From positions 124,001 through 188,000 of IMG/VR virus record IMGVR_UViG_3300044712_002668: a DNA stretch of 64,000 nucleotides. The stretch is one strand, 5' to 3'. A model generated the notes under the pieces. It had not been told where the DNA came from and ran no database searches. It saw only the letters and a list, made by a program, of their open reading frames with translations. Below, one piece after another: positions 29,456-41,300 of this stretch (positions within the stretch are counted from its first letter, which is position 1; every line of letters begins with the position of its first letter). The position numbers were made by a program, and so were the translations under genes.

Positions 29456-32400
29456 ATGACAAAACCTAGACAAGAATTTTTGGGTTCTATAAATCTGTTG
29501 GATAAAGCTCTTACTGGGACTATTGATCTGTCATCTGCACGAGTAACCAATGGAGCAGATCCTATAAACAATAAAGACCTTACTACAAAAGAATGGGTAT
29601 TATCTCATATTCCTGCCTCGAACCTTGGGGCAGTATTAAGTTCTGGAAATACAGCAGATGGTTATAATATAGACCTTCAAAATGTATCTAAGGTAATCAA
29701 CTCTCCTGATCCTGTAAATAGTCAAGATCTTGTAACTTTGAATTATTTTACTACTCATACCGGAGGAGTTCCAACATTATCTAATGTTTTGGCTACTGGT
29801 AATAGTACTGGTACTCATAACATTTCCGTTGTAGATGGTTACAAAGTTGTTTTTGGTAATAACGGTCTGGGTGTAGACTCTTACATCTCTGGAGCTGTTG
29901 GTGGAGATTTTCCAGGTACAGTAAATCTTTATGCAAATAACTCTACTATTAAAATTGCTCCAATAGTAAATCCAGCACTTCCTGATGCTAGCGGTCAAAT
30001 ATCAATAACAACATCATCTTACAGCACTCTTACAGGTGGTGGAAAAGAATCTTTATTTTATGTACAGCCAGCATTTTATATTCCGGGTATAACAGTTGAT
30101 ACATGGGGAAGTCCTGGTGGTTTGGGTTACAATGGTATTGGTGGAGGTCTTGGATGGTCTTTGGGAGATGGATATGCTGACTTTTTAGGAGGAAGCATTG
30201 GTTTTAGTGGCGGAGATCATTATACTAACGGTACTTATTCCGTAAAAGATGGTTATGGTGCTACTTGGCAAACGGTAGCTGCAGGTGGTACTTATAGTGG
30301 TCAGTATTGGGATGGTTGGCATGCATTTGGTGGCGCTATTGAGATGTTTCCTCTACACAGAGATCCTGCTAGTACACAGCATGTAACAATTGGTTTTGGA
30401 TCTTTATTGTATGCCAAGACGGTATCTGGAAACGCATACAGCTCACCAAAAGTTACTCCAGTTATCAATGAGCTTTTCTGGAAGCGTCAGGATGATACTG
30501 TTGAGCAGATAACTGGAATGAATTATGCCACCCAAACTTGGGTTGATGGGTACTTTGCATCCTGGGGATTGCCCCAGGTTCTGAACATAAACAGCTCTTC
30601 TGGTGGTTACAGTATAGATCTTGGTAATAACTCAAGAGTTATAAATGCTTTAGATCCTGTTAATAATCAGGACTATACTACAAAGGTATGGGTTACAAAT
30701 CTTGTTGATGGATATTTTGCCGGATGGGGTTTGTCACAAGTTTTGGCAGCAGGAAATTCTTCTGGATCATATGGTATAGATTTAAATAATACCAATAAAA
30801 TTATTAATGCCGCAGATCCTACAAGCCCACAAGATTATGCTACAAAAAACTATGTTGATGGATACTTCTCTTCTTGGGGATTACCAGATGTACTTGGTGT
30901 AAACCAGAACACATCTGGTCATGACATAGCAATGACCACAACTGACAAACTTCAGTTTACTAATGGTTATTTACAAGATAATGGTTCTATAAATATTGTA
31001 GCTGATACAGGTATTGATTTGAATTTGTACGCACCTCAAAATATAATAGCTGGTGCGAACAATAGTATTACCGGAGCATACCATTCTGTAATTTCTGGTG
31101 GTGCTGGAAATACTATATCCTATTCGCTTGCTGATGGGTATAATGTTATCACTGGTGGTAAGCTGGTAAATATAAATAACAGTTCTTACAGTTCTATTAC
31201 TGGCGGATCTTATGCAACCATAAATAATTCAAGCTATTGTTTGTTTGGTGTAGCTGATGGGTATTCTTATATTCAGAATGGTACAAAAACGGCAGTAATA
31301 GTGGGTGGAACCGGGACTACAGCAATTACAAACACTTCTGTTTTAGTAGTTGGTGTGACAGATGGTGGAAATGTAATAGATAGCGTATCTAATAGTTTTA
31401 TAGGATCAATAGATTCTGGCGTTACTGTTCAAGGCTCTTCAAATCATGTGTTTGTTGGTACAACACATAATGGTAGTAACATCAATGCCGCAACAGATGT
31501 GTTTATAGGATCTACAACAAATACAGATATAACTACAGTTAACAATTCTTTTGTAGCTACTGGAAACGCCTCATCATTAACCAATACAGATCATATATTC
31601 ATAGGAGCGGTAGATAATGCTACCGTTACTGGAGGTTCTCATTTATTTGTTGGAGCAGGATCTTCTCCAACATTTAATACTAGCACGACTTATACGGGTA
31701 TAGGTATTGTAGGTAGTTCTACAACTATAACATCAACTAGTAATAGTTTTATTGGGCATTCCAGTAATACTTTTCCATCAAATCTTAATACTGTTTTCAT
31801 TGGTTCTAGTGTTAATAACAGTACATCAATACAAAATATATCTTATTCAGCAATTGGATCTGCCTATGTTAATGGTGATATAAAGAGTTCTTCAAATATA
31901 TTTGCAGGAAATATTTCATATGGTGGAGGTGTAGTATTATCAAACAATACTTTTGCTGGATGTCTAACAAATGGGGCTTATGTTAAAAATATACCTGATA
32001 GCTCTATAGTTTTAGGAATTAATGGTTCATATATAGCTAAAGGATTGAAACTACAAGATAGCAATACACTTATCCGTTGGAAATTAGATGAAACATCTGG
32101 TCCTTGGTATAATAGTGGTACTAGTGGGTCTCTTGATCTTAATACTATTGGTGGGACCGTAGGTACTGGTGTTGGTGTAGAAGGAAATACTTTACTTGGA
32201 AATGCTATAAGTATTACTCCAGGAAATGGTGCGGTTTATACTGGTGATACAAGTGTACAGCCGACAGGTTCAGCTCTTACAGTGTCTGCTTGGGTAAAGT
32301 TAAATAGTTATACTTCTGGAGGAATGTTTGTTTGTAAGAAATATGATATAGCATCTGCTGGTTGGTCTGCTCCATATGCTACAATATACTTAGGTTTGAC

Positions 32401-34525
32401 AGGTGCTCTTGATGGTACTTGGCTTACTGGCGTGACGGTTGGCGGCACTCTTACACAGCCAACAATATCAAGCACTATACCACTTGGCACATGGACTTTA
32501 GTATCAATTACATTTGATGGAACCAATCTTAGAACATATTTGAACGGAAGTTTGGTAGACACTACTGCTGTTACTGGCGGACCAGGAGCGCTTGATTATG
32601 GAAATAATGGTCCATGGTCTTTGGGTGACTATATAGCTTCAAGTGCATTAGGTGGACAAATTCTTGATGGATTAGTTGATGATGTTAGAATTGAAGGTGT
32701 AGTTAGAAGCGCTAGTTATCTTTTGGGATTATACAATTCACAAAGCCCTTATGCACAGGGATGTTTTATAGGTACAGGAAGTACAGCTCAAATATATAAT
32801 AGTGATAGAGCTTTTATAGGAACAGCGGTATCTAGCTACATAAACGAATCATCATATTCTGCAATGGTAAGCGCAGCAAATAGCGCGTTTATGTATGACT
32901 CTGATTATGCATTTATGGGTGCAGTGTCTAATGGATCTAATATATCAAGTTCTGATAATGCTGCTATAATAGCATCTACAAACGGTTCATATATATCTAA
33001 CTCACAAGGTGCATTTATTGGTACGGCTAATTATGGAACAAACGTAAATGGCTCGGCAAATGCAGCTATCGTTGCTGGATCTAATGGTGCAAACATATTG
33101 AATTCTGCAAATGCTTTTATGGGTACGCCAGATCATTCAGCCTATATTACAGCATCGCCGCATGGGGTTATGGTCTCCCCTAATAACAGCTCTTATTTGG
33201 ACACTTCTCCACTTTCATTTATAGGAACGGCTAGCTCGGCTTCATATATCTCAGGGTCAAGTAGCGCATTCATGGGAGCTGTGGATAATGGTGCTCATAT
33301 AATAAATTCAAGTTTTGCAAGCATTCTTTCTGGAAATGGTGGTGCGGTGGTAATAACCGGATCTGCCGGATCTTCCATGATAAATACAACCAATGGTTGC
33401 TACATTGATACATCTCCACGTTCAACCATTATAAATGGCGACTATACATCATATATATTGAACTCTACTGGAAGTTTCCTTGGAGGAGTTACTAACGGAT
33501 GTTATGTAAGTGGTGGAACATATTCTGCCGTTGTCAGCGGTTCTAACAGCCATGTAATTACATCAAACTACTCATCTATCACCTCTGGTATCAATCATAT
33601 AATCGATACGTCTAGTGATGCATTTATAGGAGGTGGAGATACTAATCAGATTACTAGCGTTTCTGATTACGCAGCTATAGTGTCTGGTAGATTTGGAACA
33701 ATAACAGCCAGTGCAAATGCGTTTATAGGAAGCGGGTCTCAAAATACAATCTTAACAAGTAGCGGAAATTCTGCTATATTGGGTGGATCTAGCAACACAA
33801 TAACAAGCTCAACAGAAGCAGCAATAGCTAGCGGTAATAGCTGTTCAATAACCTCTGCTCAACTCAGTTTTATTGGAGGTGGGGCTACCAATTCTATTAG
33901 TAACTCTACTCAGTCATTTATTGGAAATGGTTATGGAAACAATATCTCGGCTACAGGTGGGGAGTTTAATGCAATTGTTGGTGGACAAGTTGGTTCAATA
34001 ACAGCCGGATCAAGCTCAACAATTATTGGTGGTTACAATAACAGAATTGATAACAGCTATTGTGTAATCAGCGGTAAAGATGGTTATGCCAGAATGTATG
34101 GTCAAGAGGTCAGGGCTAATGGTTATTTCTCAAGCCAAGGTGATGCTCAAAAATCAGAAATAATAGTAAAGGGTACAGCTGCAGCCGGAGTAGCTTTTGA
34201 TTTATATACTACCACTACTACAGAGATAGTTTTTGAAGACGGAAAGACCTATGATATATCTGTAAAGATTGTTGCGGTAGATATTACTGATGGAACAAAG
34301 AGAGCAAGGTGGTCATATGATGTTTTGGCCCATCAAACCGCTGGAACAATTACTATAGATGATTCTACCTTGATTTCAAGTGTAACAACTGGTACTGATT
34401 GGGCGGTTACCATAAGCAATGGTGGTGGATCATTGTTCAGGATAAGATTAGATGCATCTGCTGACGCTACTAGAGATAGAAGGGCCATGGCCACAATAGA
34501 ATGGAGAGAGATTAGAGCGGTATAA
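29456..34525 (+). CDS. Large putative tail fibre/appendage protein (repeats, beta-helix, LamG domain)
   Basis: Repeated 'L..VL..GN...IDL.N...IN..DP...QD..TK' units, ~21-aa xFIG/AAIxG solenoid repeats, LamG-like 'TVSAWVK...WTLVSITFDG...YLNG...DDVRI'. Confidence 0.75.
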   Translation: MTKPRQEFLGSINLLDKALTGTIDLSSARVTNGADPINNKDLTTKEWVLSHIPASNLGAVLSSGNTADGYNIDLQNVSKVINSPDPVNSQDLVTLNYFTTHTGGVPTLSNVLATGNSTGTHNISVVDGYKVVFGNNGLGVDSYISGAVGGDFPGTVNLYANNSTIKIAPIVNPALPDASGQISITTSSYSTLTGGGKESLFYVQPAFYIPGITVDTWGSPGGLGYNGIGGGLGWSLGDGYADFLGGSIGFSGGDHYTNGTYSVKDGYGATWQTVAAGGTYSGQYWDGWHAFGGAIEMFPLHRDPASTQHVTIGFGSLLYAKTVSGNAYSSPKVTPVINELFWKRQDDTVEQITGMNYATQTWVDGYFASWGLPQVLNINSSSGGYSIDLGNNSRVINALDPVNNQDYTTKVWVTNLVDGYFAGWGLSQVLAAGNSSGSYGIDLNNTNKIINAADPTSPQDYATKNYVDGYFSSWGLPDVLGVNQNTSGHDIAMTTTDKLQFTNGYLQDNGSINIVADTGIDLNLYAPQNIIAGANNSITGAYHSVISGGAGNTISYSLADGYNVITGGKLVNINNSSYSSITGGSYATINNSSYCLFGVADGYSYIQNGTKTAVIVGGTGTTAITNTSVLVVGVTDGGNVIDSVSNSFIGSIDSGVTVQGSSNHVFVGTTHNGSNINAATDVFIGSTTNTDITTVNNSFVATGNASSLTNTDHIFIGAVDNATVTGGSHLFVGAGSSPTFNTSTTYTGIGIVGSSTTITSTSNSFIGHSSNTFPSNLNTVFIGSSVNNSTSIQNISYSAIGSAYVNGDIKSSSNIFAGNISYGGGVVLSNNTFAGCLTNGAYVKNIPDSSIVLGINGSYIAKGLKLQDSNTLIRWKLDETSGPWYNSGTSGSLDLNTIGGTVGTGVGVEGNTLLGNAISITPGNGAVYTGDTSVQPTGSALTVSAWVKLNSYTSGGMFVCKKYDIASAGWSAPYATIYLGLTGALDGTWLTGVTVGGTLTQPTISSTIPLGTWTLVSITFDGTNLRTYLNGSLVDTTAVTGGPGALDYGNNGPWSLGDYIASSALGGQILDGLVDDVRIEGVVRSASYLLGLYNSQSPYAQGCFIGTGSTAQIYNSDRAFIGTAVSSYINESSYSAMVSAANSAFMYDSDYAFMGAVSNGSNISSSDNAAIIASTNGSYISNSQGAFIGTANYGTNVNGSANAAIVAGSNGANILNSANAFMGTPDHSAYITASPHGVMVSPNNSSYLDTSPLSFIGTASSASYISGSSSAFMGAVDNGAHIINSSFASILSGNGGAVVITGSAGSSMINTTNGCYIDTSPRSTIINGDYTSYILNSTGSFLGGVTNGCYVSGGTYSAVVSGSNSHVITSNYSSITSGINHIIDTSSDAFIGGGDTNQITSVSDYAAIVSGRFGTITASANAFIGSGSQNTILTSSGNSAILGGSSNTITSSTEAAIASGNSCSITSAQLSFIGGGATNSISNSTQSFIGNGYGNNISATGGEFNAIVGGQVGSITAGSSSTIIGGYNNRIDNSYCVISGKDGYARMYGQEVRANGYFSSQGDAQKSEIIVKGTAAAGVAFDLYTTTTTEIVFEDGKTYDISVKIVAVDITDGTKRARWSYDVLAHQTAGTITIDDSTLISSVTTGTDWAVTISNGGGSLFRIRLDASADATRDRRAMATIEWREIRAV

Positions 34526-34538
34526 ATAAAGGTGTGGT

Positions 34539-34964
34539 ATGGCTAATAGAAAAACAATCATAATAGTTGATGAGGCAATTGTTGATGGATATGTTCTAAC
34601 ATACTCATCTATAGATGGATATTTCAAACCATTGCCAGCTTCTGGCGGTATTGCGCCAGCAACAGTAACAGATGTATCATCCCCAACCTATACTGTAACT
34701 GCTTATGATTTCAACCAACGTTTTAGAATGCTATACAACGGAAGTAGCTGTCAGGTTACATTGCCAGCAGCGGCATCTTTAACAGAAGGTTCTACTTGGA
34801 CATTTAAAGATGTAGATGGATATGCTGGAACTTATACTTACAGTGTGGTTGCCGGGGCTAATACAACAATAGACAAGGCTAGTAGCTGGACATTCCCATC
34901 AGCTCCCTATACCGCTCTTAGCCTTGTATATCATAGTTTGTCTGCAAACTGGGAAGTTATTTAG
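34539..34964 (+). CDS. Putative virion structural protein
   Basis: 'VTLPAAASL..G....FKD.DG' fibre-associated pattern; N-terminus resembles that of 38321..43546. Confidence 0.6.
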   Translation: MANRKTIIIVDEAIVDGYVLTYSSIDGYFKPLPASGGIAPATVTDVSSPTYTVTAYDFNQRFRMLYNGSSCQVTLPAAASLTEGSTWTFKDVDGYAGTYTYSVVAGANTTIDKASSWTFPSAPYTALSLVYHSLSANWEVI

Positions 34965-36484
34965 TAGTTGATAAACTTAATCATTCTCCAAGTATTTGCC
35001 GAAGCATTTGCGCAAATATAAAACTCTCCAGTAGTACTTTTTCTAACCTCACAGTTGCCTGGGTTGGCAGGAAAAGCTGCGTCTGGAAATACGGTCAAGG
35101 CACTAGAGTCAAAGGCTGTAGAGTATACTTTACGTCCCGTAGTGATTCTTATTTCATCTAAACATCCATCAAGATAAGTATAGACAGATCCTGTATAGTA
35201 TTTACCAAAGCGTAATACTGGATAGAATCTAGTTATATTGTAATTTAATGAACCTGTAGAATATTTAGTGCCATTGACATACAGAGCTAGACATGATTGA
35301 TCCGTTGTACCTATAAATTCTCTTTGTATAGCTACATGGCTCCATGTATTAAGTGATATAGCAGAGGATTGTACGCTTACAAAGGTTGTATCAGTTCCCA
35401 TATATGCCGTTACAACACCATTTGATTCTAGTTTCAAATATACACCAACCAATCCTGCTGAATAATCCTGATAGAATATGGCTGATCCAGAGGCGTTGAA
35501 AGCTCTTGGATAAACCCAAGTTTCTATTGTCCATTCTTCAAAGCCTGCGTTTACTACAGTATCGCATATATTCACTTCAAGCACAGAGCTTGTACCATTG
35601 AAATCCAAAGATGCATTACCGAATTTATTGATTGAAGTGTTATAGGTCGTATTTATTAAAGCATAACAAGCTGGATATAATCCAAAGTTCATTCCATACA
35701 TTTTGTTATATTGATCGGCATAGTACGCTTGCGATCTTATTGTATTTTCTACACGAACATCCCAGATAGTAGCTTTACTTGTACCATTTCCCTGATCTCC
35801 TAAAACAGAATATTGTCCATGTGTTCCGTATGAGACTGGGGTTCCTGGCGTAGTATATTCTGTTCCAACCAAGCTTCCATTCATATATACTTTTAATAGA
35901 CCCAGCGATGCATCGTATGTCATTGACAGCAAATACCATGCATTTAAAGATAGCATGTGATCTGTAATAAGTATAACAGTACGAGATGATACTCCAAAAG
36001 CTACACCAGCATACCATCGTCCATTATTAGAGTCTGATATACCAATACCCCAGGACTCCCAGGGGCCAGTCCATGAGTTATCAGCTCTATATGATTTGTC
36101 AACAAAAGCTGCCCAACTGGAACTGAAACTATCAAGCTTTACCCAGAAACTTACAGACAGTGTGTTTGTATATTCACCTACAGAAGTGTATCCTGAACCG
36201 AGGCGGCATGTACCGTTGTTTGAGTTTACTGCGGTAGGGCTTGCTCCAAGAGGGCTATTTACTATTGTTGGAGTTCCGAAATCTTTTCCTAAACTTAGTG
36301 TTCCTGCATTACCTGTATTGACCCATGGTGAATCATTTTCACCCAATAGCCATTGGATACCAGTATAACCATCTACAGCCACAGTTGAGCTAGTAGTGGT
36401 GTTACAGTGAGCGTGATACATTGTATGTAATGTTGGCAGATTTGAATCAGTTAGCGGAATTCTTTGTGGTGGAAAGTAACTCAT
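34961..36484 (-). CDS. Double LamG/ConA-like domain protein
   Basis: Two jelly-roll motif sets (SVSFWVK...YMNG...WDVRVE; WTIETWVYP...WSHVA...LDEIRIT). Confidence 0.75.
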   Translation of the reverse strand: MSYFPPQRIPLTDSNLPTLHTMYHAHCNTTTSSTVAVDGYTGIQWLLGENDSPWVNTGNAGTLSLGKDFGTPTIVNSPLGASPTAVNSNNGTCRLGSGYTSVGEYTNTLSVSFWVKLDSFSSSWAAFVDKSYRADNSWTGPWESWGIGISDSNNGRWYAGVAFGVSSRTVILITDHMLSLNAWYLLSMTYDASLGLLKVYMNGSLVGTEYTTPGTPVSYGTHGQYSVLGDQGNGTSKATIWDVRVENTIRSQAYYADQYNKMYGMNFGLYPACYALINTTYNTSINKFGNASLDFNGTSSVLEVNICDTVVNAGFEEWTIETWVYPRAFNASGSAIFYQDYSAGLVGVYLKLESNGVVTAYMGTDTTFVSVQSSAISLNTWSHVAIQREFIGTTDQSCLALYVNGTKYSTGSLNYNITRFYPVLRFGKYYTGSVYTYLDGCLDEIRITTGRKVYSTAFDSSALTVFPDAAFPANPGNCEVRKSTTGEFYICANASANTWRMIKFINY

Positions 36485-37377
36485 AGGTTTCCTCTTACAT
36501 ACCGTAAATCCATACCAGTATCATCAAGCCTTGTCCAAATATTAGATGCGTTTTTAATTGTTAAAGCATTATAACCATCTGGTTTAATTTCTCCAATGGT
36601 AGCTGATGCTGATGATATAGAATCTGTAAAAGCTTGAGTTGGTGCTAGAAAGTTCTTTGCAAGGATACCTGAGTCATAGAAATTACCACCACGATACCAA
36701 GTGTATCCGCTTGTAATTCTTACTTCATCAAGCCTGCCTGTTAAATATAAACCATTATGTGGATAGTATCCCATATACAAATCATATGGAGAATTGAAAG
36801 TATCAGTTGGTAACAACTTAACATAGTTCGTTTGCATTGCACCGTTTATAAACATTATTAGGAAATTGTTATCCCTACATATTGCTACGTGATTCCATAC
36901 ATTCAGTGGTAAAGTAGAGCTTGATAGGAGAACAGGTTTCCATGAGAAAATCCCGTTAAGAGTGTATAGAAAACCAATAAGAGGATCTGCCGGGTTACTG
37001 GTAGTAGCAAGATACCAACCTCTTTGATCCGCATTTGATGAGCAATTTATTATTGGTTTATCACTTGATTGTTGTGGAATGTTTATCCAGAACTCTATGG
37101 TAAAGTCTTTGTTAGATAAATTAACTATTCTGTCAAATTCTCCACAGTATACAGATCCGCCCCCACCAAAATAAAAACATCCAGTTCCAAATTTTGGATT
37201 TGTGGCATCAATTATAGCGTTTCCTAGCATGTTCAAAGTGTTATTATATATTGATGAGTCTACAGTGTTTGTTTGACCTTGTGTACCATTGGCATGACAA
37301 TGTAATTTGACATATTGACTATGTAAATTAGTATCTGTTGTAGCTGGTTTGAAATATGTTGGAGGTATATATGTCAT
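36481..37377 (-). CDS. LamG/ConA-like domain protein
   Basis: LHCHANG...DSS, KFG, DFTIEFW, WNHVA, FING, LDEVRIT. Confidence 0.8.
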   Translation of the reverse strand: MTYIPPTYFKPATTDTNLHSQYVKLHCHANGTQGQTNTVDSSIYNNTLNMLGNAIIDATNPKFGTGCFYFGGGGSVYCGEFDRIVNLSNKDFTIEFWINIPQQSSDKPIINCSSNADQRGWYLATTSNPADPLIGFLYTLNGIFSWKPVLLSSSTLPLNVWNHVAICRDNNFLIMFINGAMQTNYVKLLPTDTFNSPYDLYMGYYPHNGLYLTGRLDEVRITSGYTWYRGGNFYDSGILAKNFLAPTQAFTDSISSASATIGEIKPDGYNALTIKNASNIWTRLDDTGMDLRYVRGNL

Positions 37378-38222
37378 AGCACTCCTTTGAATACGGTGTT
37401 CTTTATTTGCTTCCAGGTTGGCGCAACAATATCAGTACACATATAAACATTTCCATATGCATCTTGTTTCATATCACCGACAAATGTAGCGGCTGGCATA
37501 ACAGGATTTGTCAATGGACCTGGCGTGAAATCTGCTGTATATAAAGCTTGGCCAATTGTAATACGAACATCATCAACATAACCATACATGCTTTTTTGTC
37601 CGCCAGGAAATGGTGAGTAATATCCTATATTCCAATTTGCACTTGATCTCATTAAAAATTTAGAATCTACTGGAATAGTATTTTGTAGTTGACCATTTAG
37701 ATACATTTTTATACTAGTAGTACTATTATTTCGTACAACGGCTACATGATACCATTGGTTTGTAGTAAATGCGCTTGAGCCTATTGCTGCCACCCAATTA
37801 TTTGTCCCCTTCCTAGCCCATATAAACAAAAATATGTTATTATCAGTAATCAATATAGGACCTTGTTGATCAGCGTCAGTATAACTACAAAGAAACGCTT
37901 GGTATCCAATATTTACTTGTGTGGGATATATCCACATTTCAATTGTGAAATCTTTATCATCAAAATTTAAAAGACCCCTACTATTATCCAGAGTTACTTT
38001 GTTTGTTACAGTGCCATCAAAATAAAGAGATGACGATCCATATTTATATACTGATGTAGATATTACAGCCGAACCAGAAGCAGTGTATGTTTTGTTATAC
38101 AAACTGCTATCTGTCATTGCTTGAGATCCATTAGTTCCTTCACAATGAAATAGTGTTTTTGTATAAAACGCAGAGAAATCTGCAATTGGTACTTTGGGTG
38201 GCATTGGTGGAATGTAAGTCAT
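37374..38222 (-). CDS. LamG/ConA-like domain protein
   Basis: FHCEGTNGS...DSS, KYG, DFTIEMW, WYHVAVVR, YLNG, VDDVRITIG. Confidence 0.8.
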   Translation of the reverse strand: MTYIPPMPPKVPIADFSAFYTKTLFHCEGTNGSQAMTDSSLYNKTYTASGSAVISTSVYKYGSSSLYFDGTVTNKVTLDNSRGLLNFDDKDFTIEMWIYPTQVNIGYQAFLCSYTDADQQGPILITDNNIFLFIWARKGTNNWVAAIGSSAFTTNQWYHVAVVRNNSTTSIKMYLNGQLQNTIPVDSKFLMRSSANWNIGYYSPFPGGQKSMYGYVDDVRITIGQALYTADFTPGPLTNPVMPAATFVGDMKQDAYGNVYMCTDIVAPTWKQIKNTVFKGVL

Positions 38223-38320
38223 TACATAAATACTTCGTTATTGGCACAGTGGTTTTTTCGTTTAAGCATACATATGGATAGTTTTACATAGAGTTGTAGT
38301 TTACAATAGCGGGCAAATGC

Positions 38321-41300
38321 ATGACAAATAGGCAAACTGTTATAATCCCTGATGGCGTTGTTTATCCAGACGGTTACGTGGTTACATATGAATTATCTAC
38401 AGATTCGTTTGTGCCAAAATCACCATTGACTGTGATAGGACCTACTGGTCTGGGGTATTCAGGTTTAACAACAAGCAATACTTTTGCTTCAAATGCTACA
38501 GGCACTTTGTTTCTCACTACAAACAAGTCCGCATCAGAGTTGGCTTTCAGTACAGGTGATAGAATCAGAGTTAGTTCTACCAATGTTACTACTGATTATG
38601 TAGAAGGTGTTATCACGTCATTTGTTGGTACGTTATTGACGTTGCCAATTGATAGAAGTTCAGGTTCTGGAACACATTCAAGCTGGAATATTGGATTGGT
38701 AGGTGATGTTGGAGCCACTGGATCTACAGGAGCCACAGGGTCTGCAGGAAACACAGGCCCAACCGGCCCTACAGGTCCAACTGGAGCTACCGGCCCTACA
38801 GGACCAACAGGACCATTATCAACAGTATTGGCAGTTGGCAATACCACTGATGGATACAATATTGTACTTACCGGATCTGATAGATTGTCAACTAGTGCTG
38901 GTTATCTTGCAAAATCAGGAACACAGATACAGTTATACGGTCTTGATGGTGTTACAGGACTAGATGGATATTCTGTTTATATTCATTCAGGAAATTCTAC
39001 GGATGGATACTCTGGTACTGCTGCTTTAATATCGGCAGCCACTTCTGGTGTTAGCGCTGGCGGTTTGAATATTTACACAGGTAGTTATGGAAGTTATGGC
39101 GGGGCTGCAAGCGTTAATGTTAATGGCGCAAGCTCTTCCGGTTCTGCATATTGGTATTTCAACTCTGGTGGTTTCGGGGGTAGTACAGGGTCTACTTTTC
39201 AATTAGGGTATGCATCACCAACTTCGTCATATGGATGGGGACTTACAGGAGGCAGGTTTAACAGTATTGTAGGAACCGGTGCCTCTATTGAGGGAGATGC
39301 TGTTACAGCATCTCAAGGGTCTAGAATATACATGAGCACCGGTATTTCAACCGATGGGTATACCGGATCATCATTAACACTTGGAAGAGCTATTAATGGA
39401 ACTAATGCTGGTAGTTTCAATTTATATACAGGAAGCTATGGAAGTTATGGTGGTGCTGCTAGTGTAAACGTTAATGGGGCAAACTCCTCTAGTTCTTCTT
39501 ATTGGTATTTTAGTTCTGGAGGGTTTGGTGGAAGTACCGGGTCTACTTTTCAACTTGGATATTCTTCAGATACATCGGCATATGGATGGGGTTTAACAGG
39601 AGGTAGATTTAATAGCGTTGTAGGAACTGGAGCGTCTATTGAAGCGGATTCAGTTACAGCATCTCAAGGCGCTCAGATATACATGAATACAGGAACCTCT
39701 ACTGATGGTTATAGCGGAGTAGCTATAACATTAGGAAGGGCTGTTAATGGAACACAGGCTGGTGGTTTAAACCTGTATACTGGAAATTATGGAAGTTATG
39801 GTGGAGGGGCAAACGTAAACATTAATGGAGCAACAAATTCAAGCTCTGCTTATTGGTATTTCAATTCTGGAGGGTTTGGTAGCAATGCAGGCTCTAGTTT
39901 TCAGCTTGGTTATTCAACACCAACATCAGCGTATGGTTGGAAACTTGCTGGAGGAAAGGTAGGAGGAATTAGCACTACGGGAGCATCTATTGAGGGAGAT
40001 GCCGCCACCACAACTCAAGGTGCTCAGATACAGATGAGTACTGGTATATCAACTGATGGTTATAGTGGTACGCAGTTAACATTGGGAAGGGCTATTAATG
40101 GAACTAATGCTGGTAGTTTAAACCTGAGCACTGGAAATTATGGAAACTATGGTAAAAGCGCCAGCGTGAATATCAATGGAGCAAACATCTCCACCTCTGC
40201 ATATTGGGCTTTCAATTCTGGAGGATTTGGATCACATACAGGATCTAGTTTTAGACTGGGGTATGCAGATGCGACACAATCTGATGGCTGGGCTTTAACT
40301 GGTGGCAATTATAACGGAGTAAGTGATACTGGTGCTAGTTTCTCAGGATCTTCTGCATTATCAACAAATGGTTCAAACATAACTCTTACATCTGGAAAAT
40401 CTACTGACGGGTACTTGGCAGCTACAGTAAACGTATTTGGTGGTAATAACTCTACTAGAGATGGTTATGTTGATATCAATTCTTGGTTGATGTTGAGAAG
40501 AAAGTCAGCGCCTGTCGGTTTAACAAACACTTTATATGCGAAGTCAGCTACAAATGAACTTCATTGGATAGATAACACTGGTAGTGATAATATCATATCT
40601 CCACCAGGATCGGGACCCACCGGCCCAACAGGTCCAACAGGAGCAACTGGGCTTGGATATGCTGGAAATCAGGCGATTAGCCCCAACGTCCTTTTGCCTT
40701 TCACAGGTTCCCAGGTTTTCACCTGCACACAGAATGCTGGGACTAACGCTTTTGCTGCTGGAACCTACATAAGACTAGCCCACCCAACCACCCCTTCGAC
40801 GGATTTCATGTTGGGTACGATCACAGCCTATGCCCCTAACGGGGATATGACTGTTAACGTAACGTACAGCACCCAGAACGTGGTTAGTAGTTCGGTATGG
40901 GCCATTTCTGTAGCTGGCATTCCTGGGCCTACGGGAGCCACTGGAGCTACAGGCCCAACAGGTGCTACTGGACCCACAGGCCCGGCAATATCAGGTAGTG
41001 ACGGATATGTTCTTCAATATCAAAATACAACACTAACAGCACAATCTGCTTTGTATACAACACCAACTGCAAGGGCAGCGGCACCAACTTTAGGATTTAT
41101 ACGTTCTGCTAATGGTGATTCAATAATAGGTACAAAAACATCTGGTGGTACTAGCTTTACTGCTTTGGGATATGGATCGGCTTCTTCTGATCGTTTGCAG
41201 CTTGGTGATAGCACATCTTGCTCTTTTACAGATATTAGAGCTTCGAGCGCTGTTACTTTTGCAGTGAATGGTAGTGGTGGGTTATATCTTTCAACATCAG

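Noticed and set aside
34961-38320. Invertible (shufflon-like) fibre cassette or DGR target
   Set aside because: No flanking inverted repeats, recombinase, reverse transcriptase or template/variable repeat pair were seen in the window.
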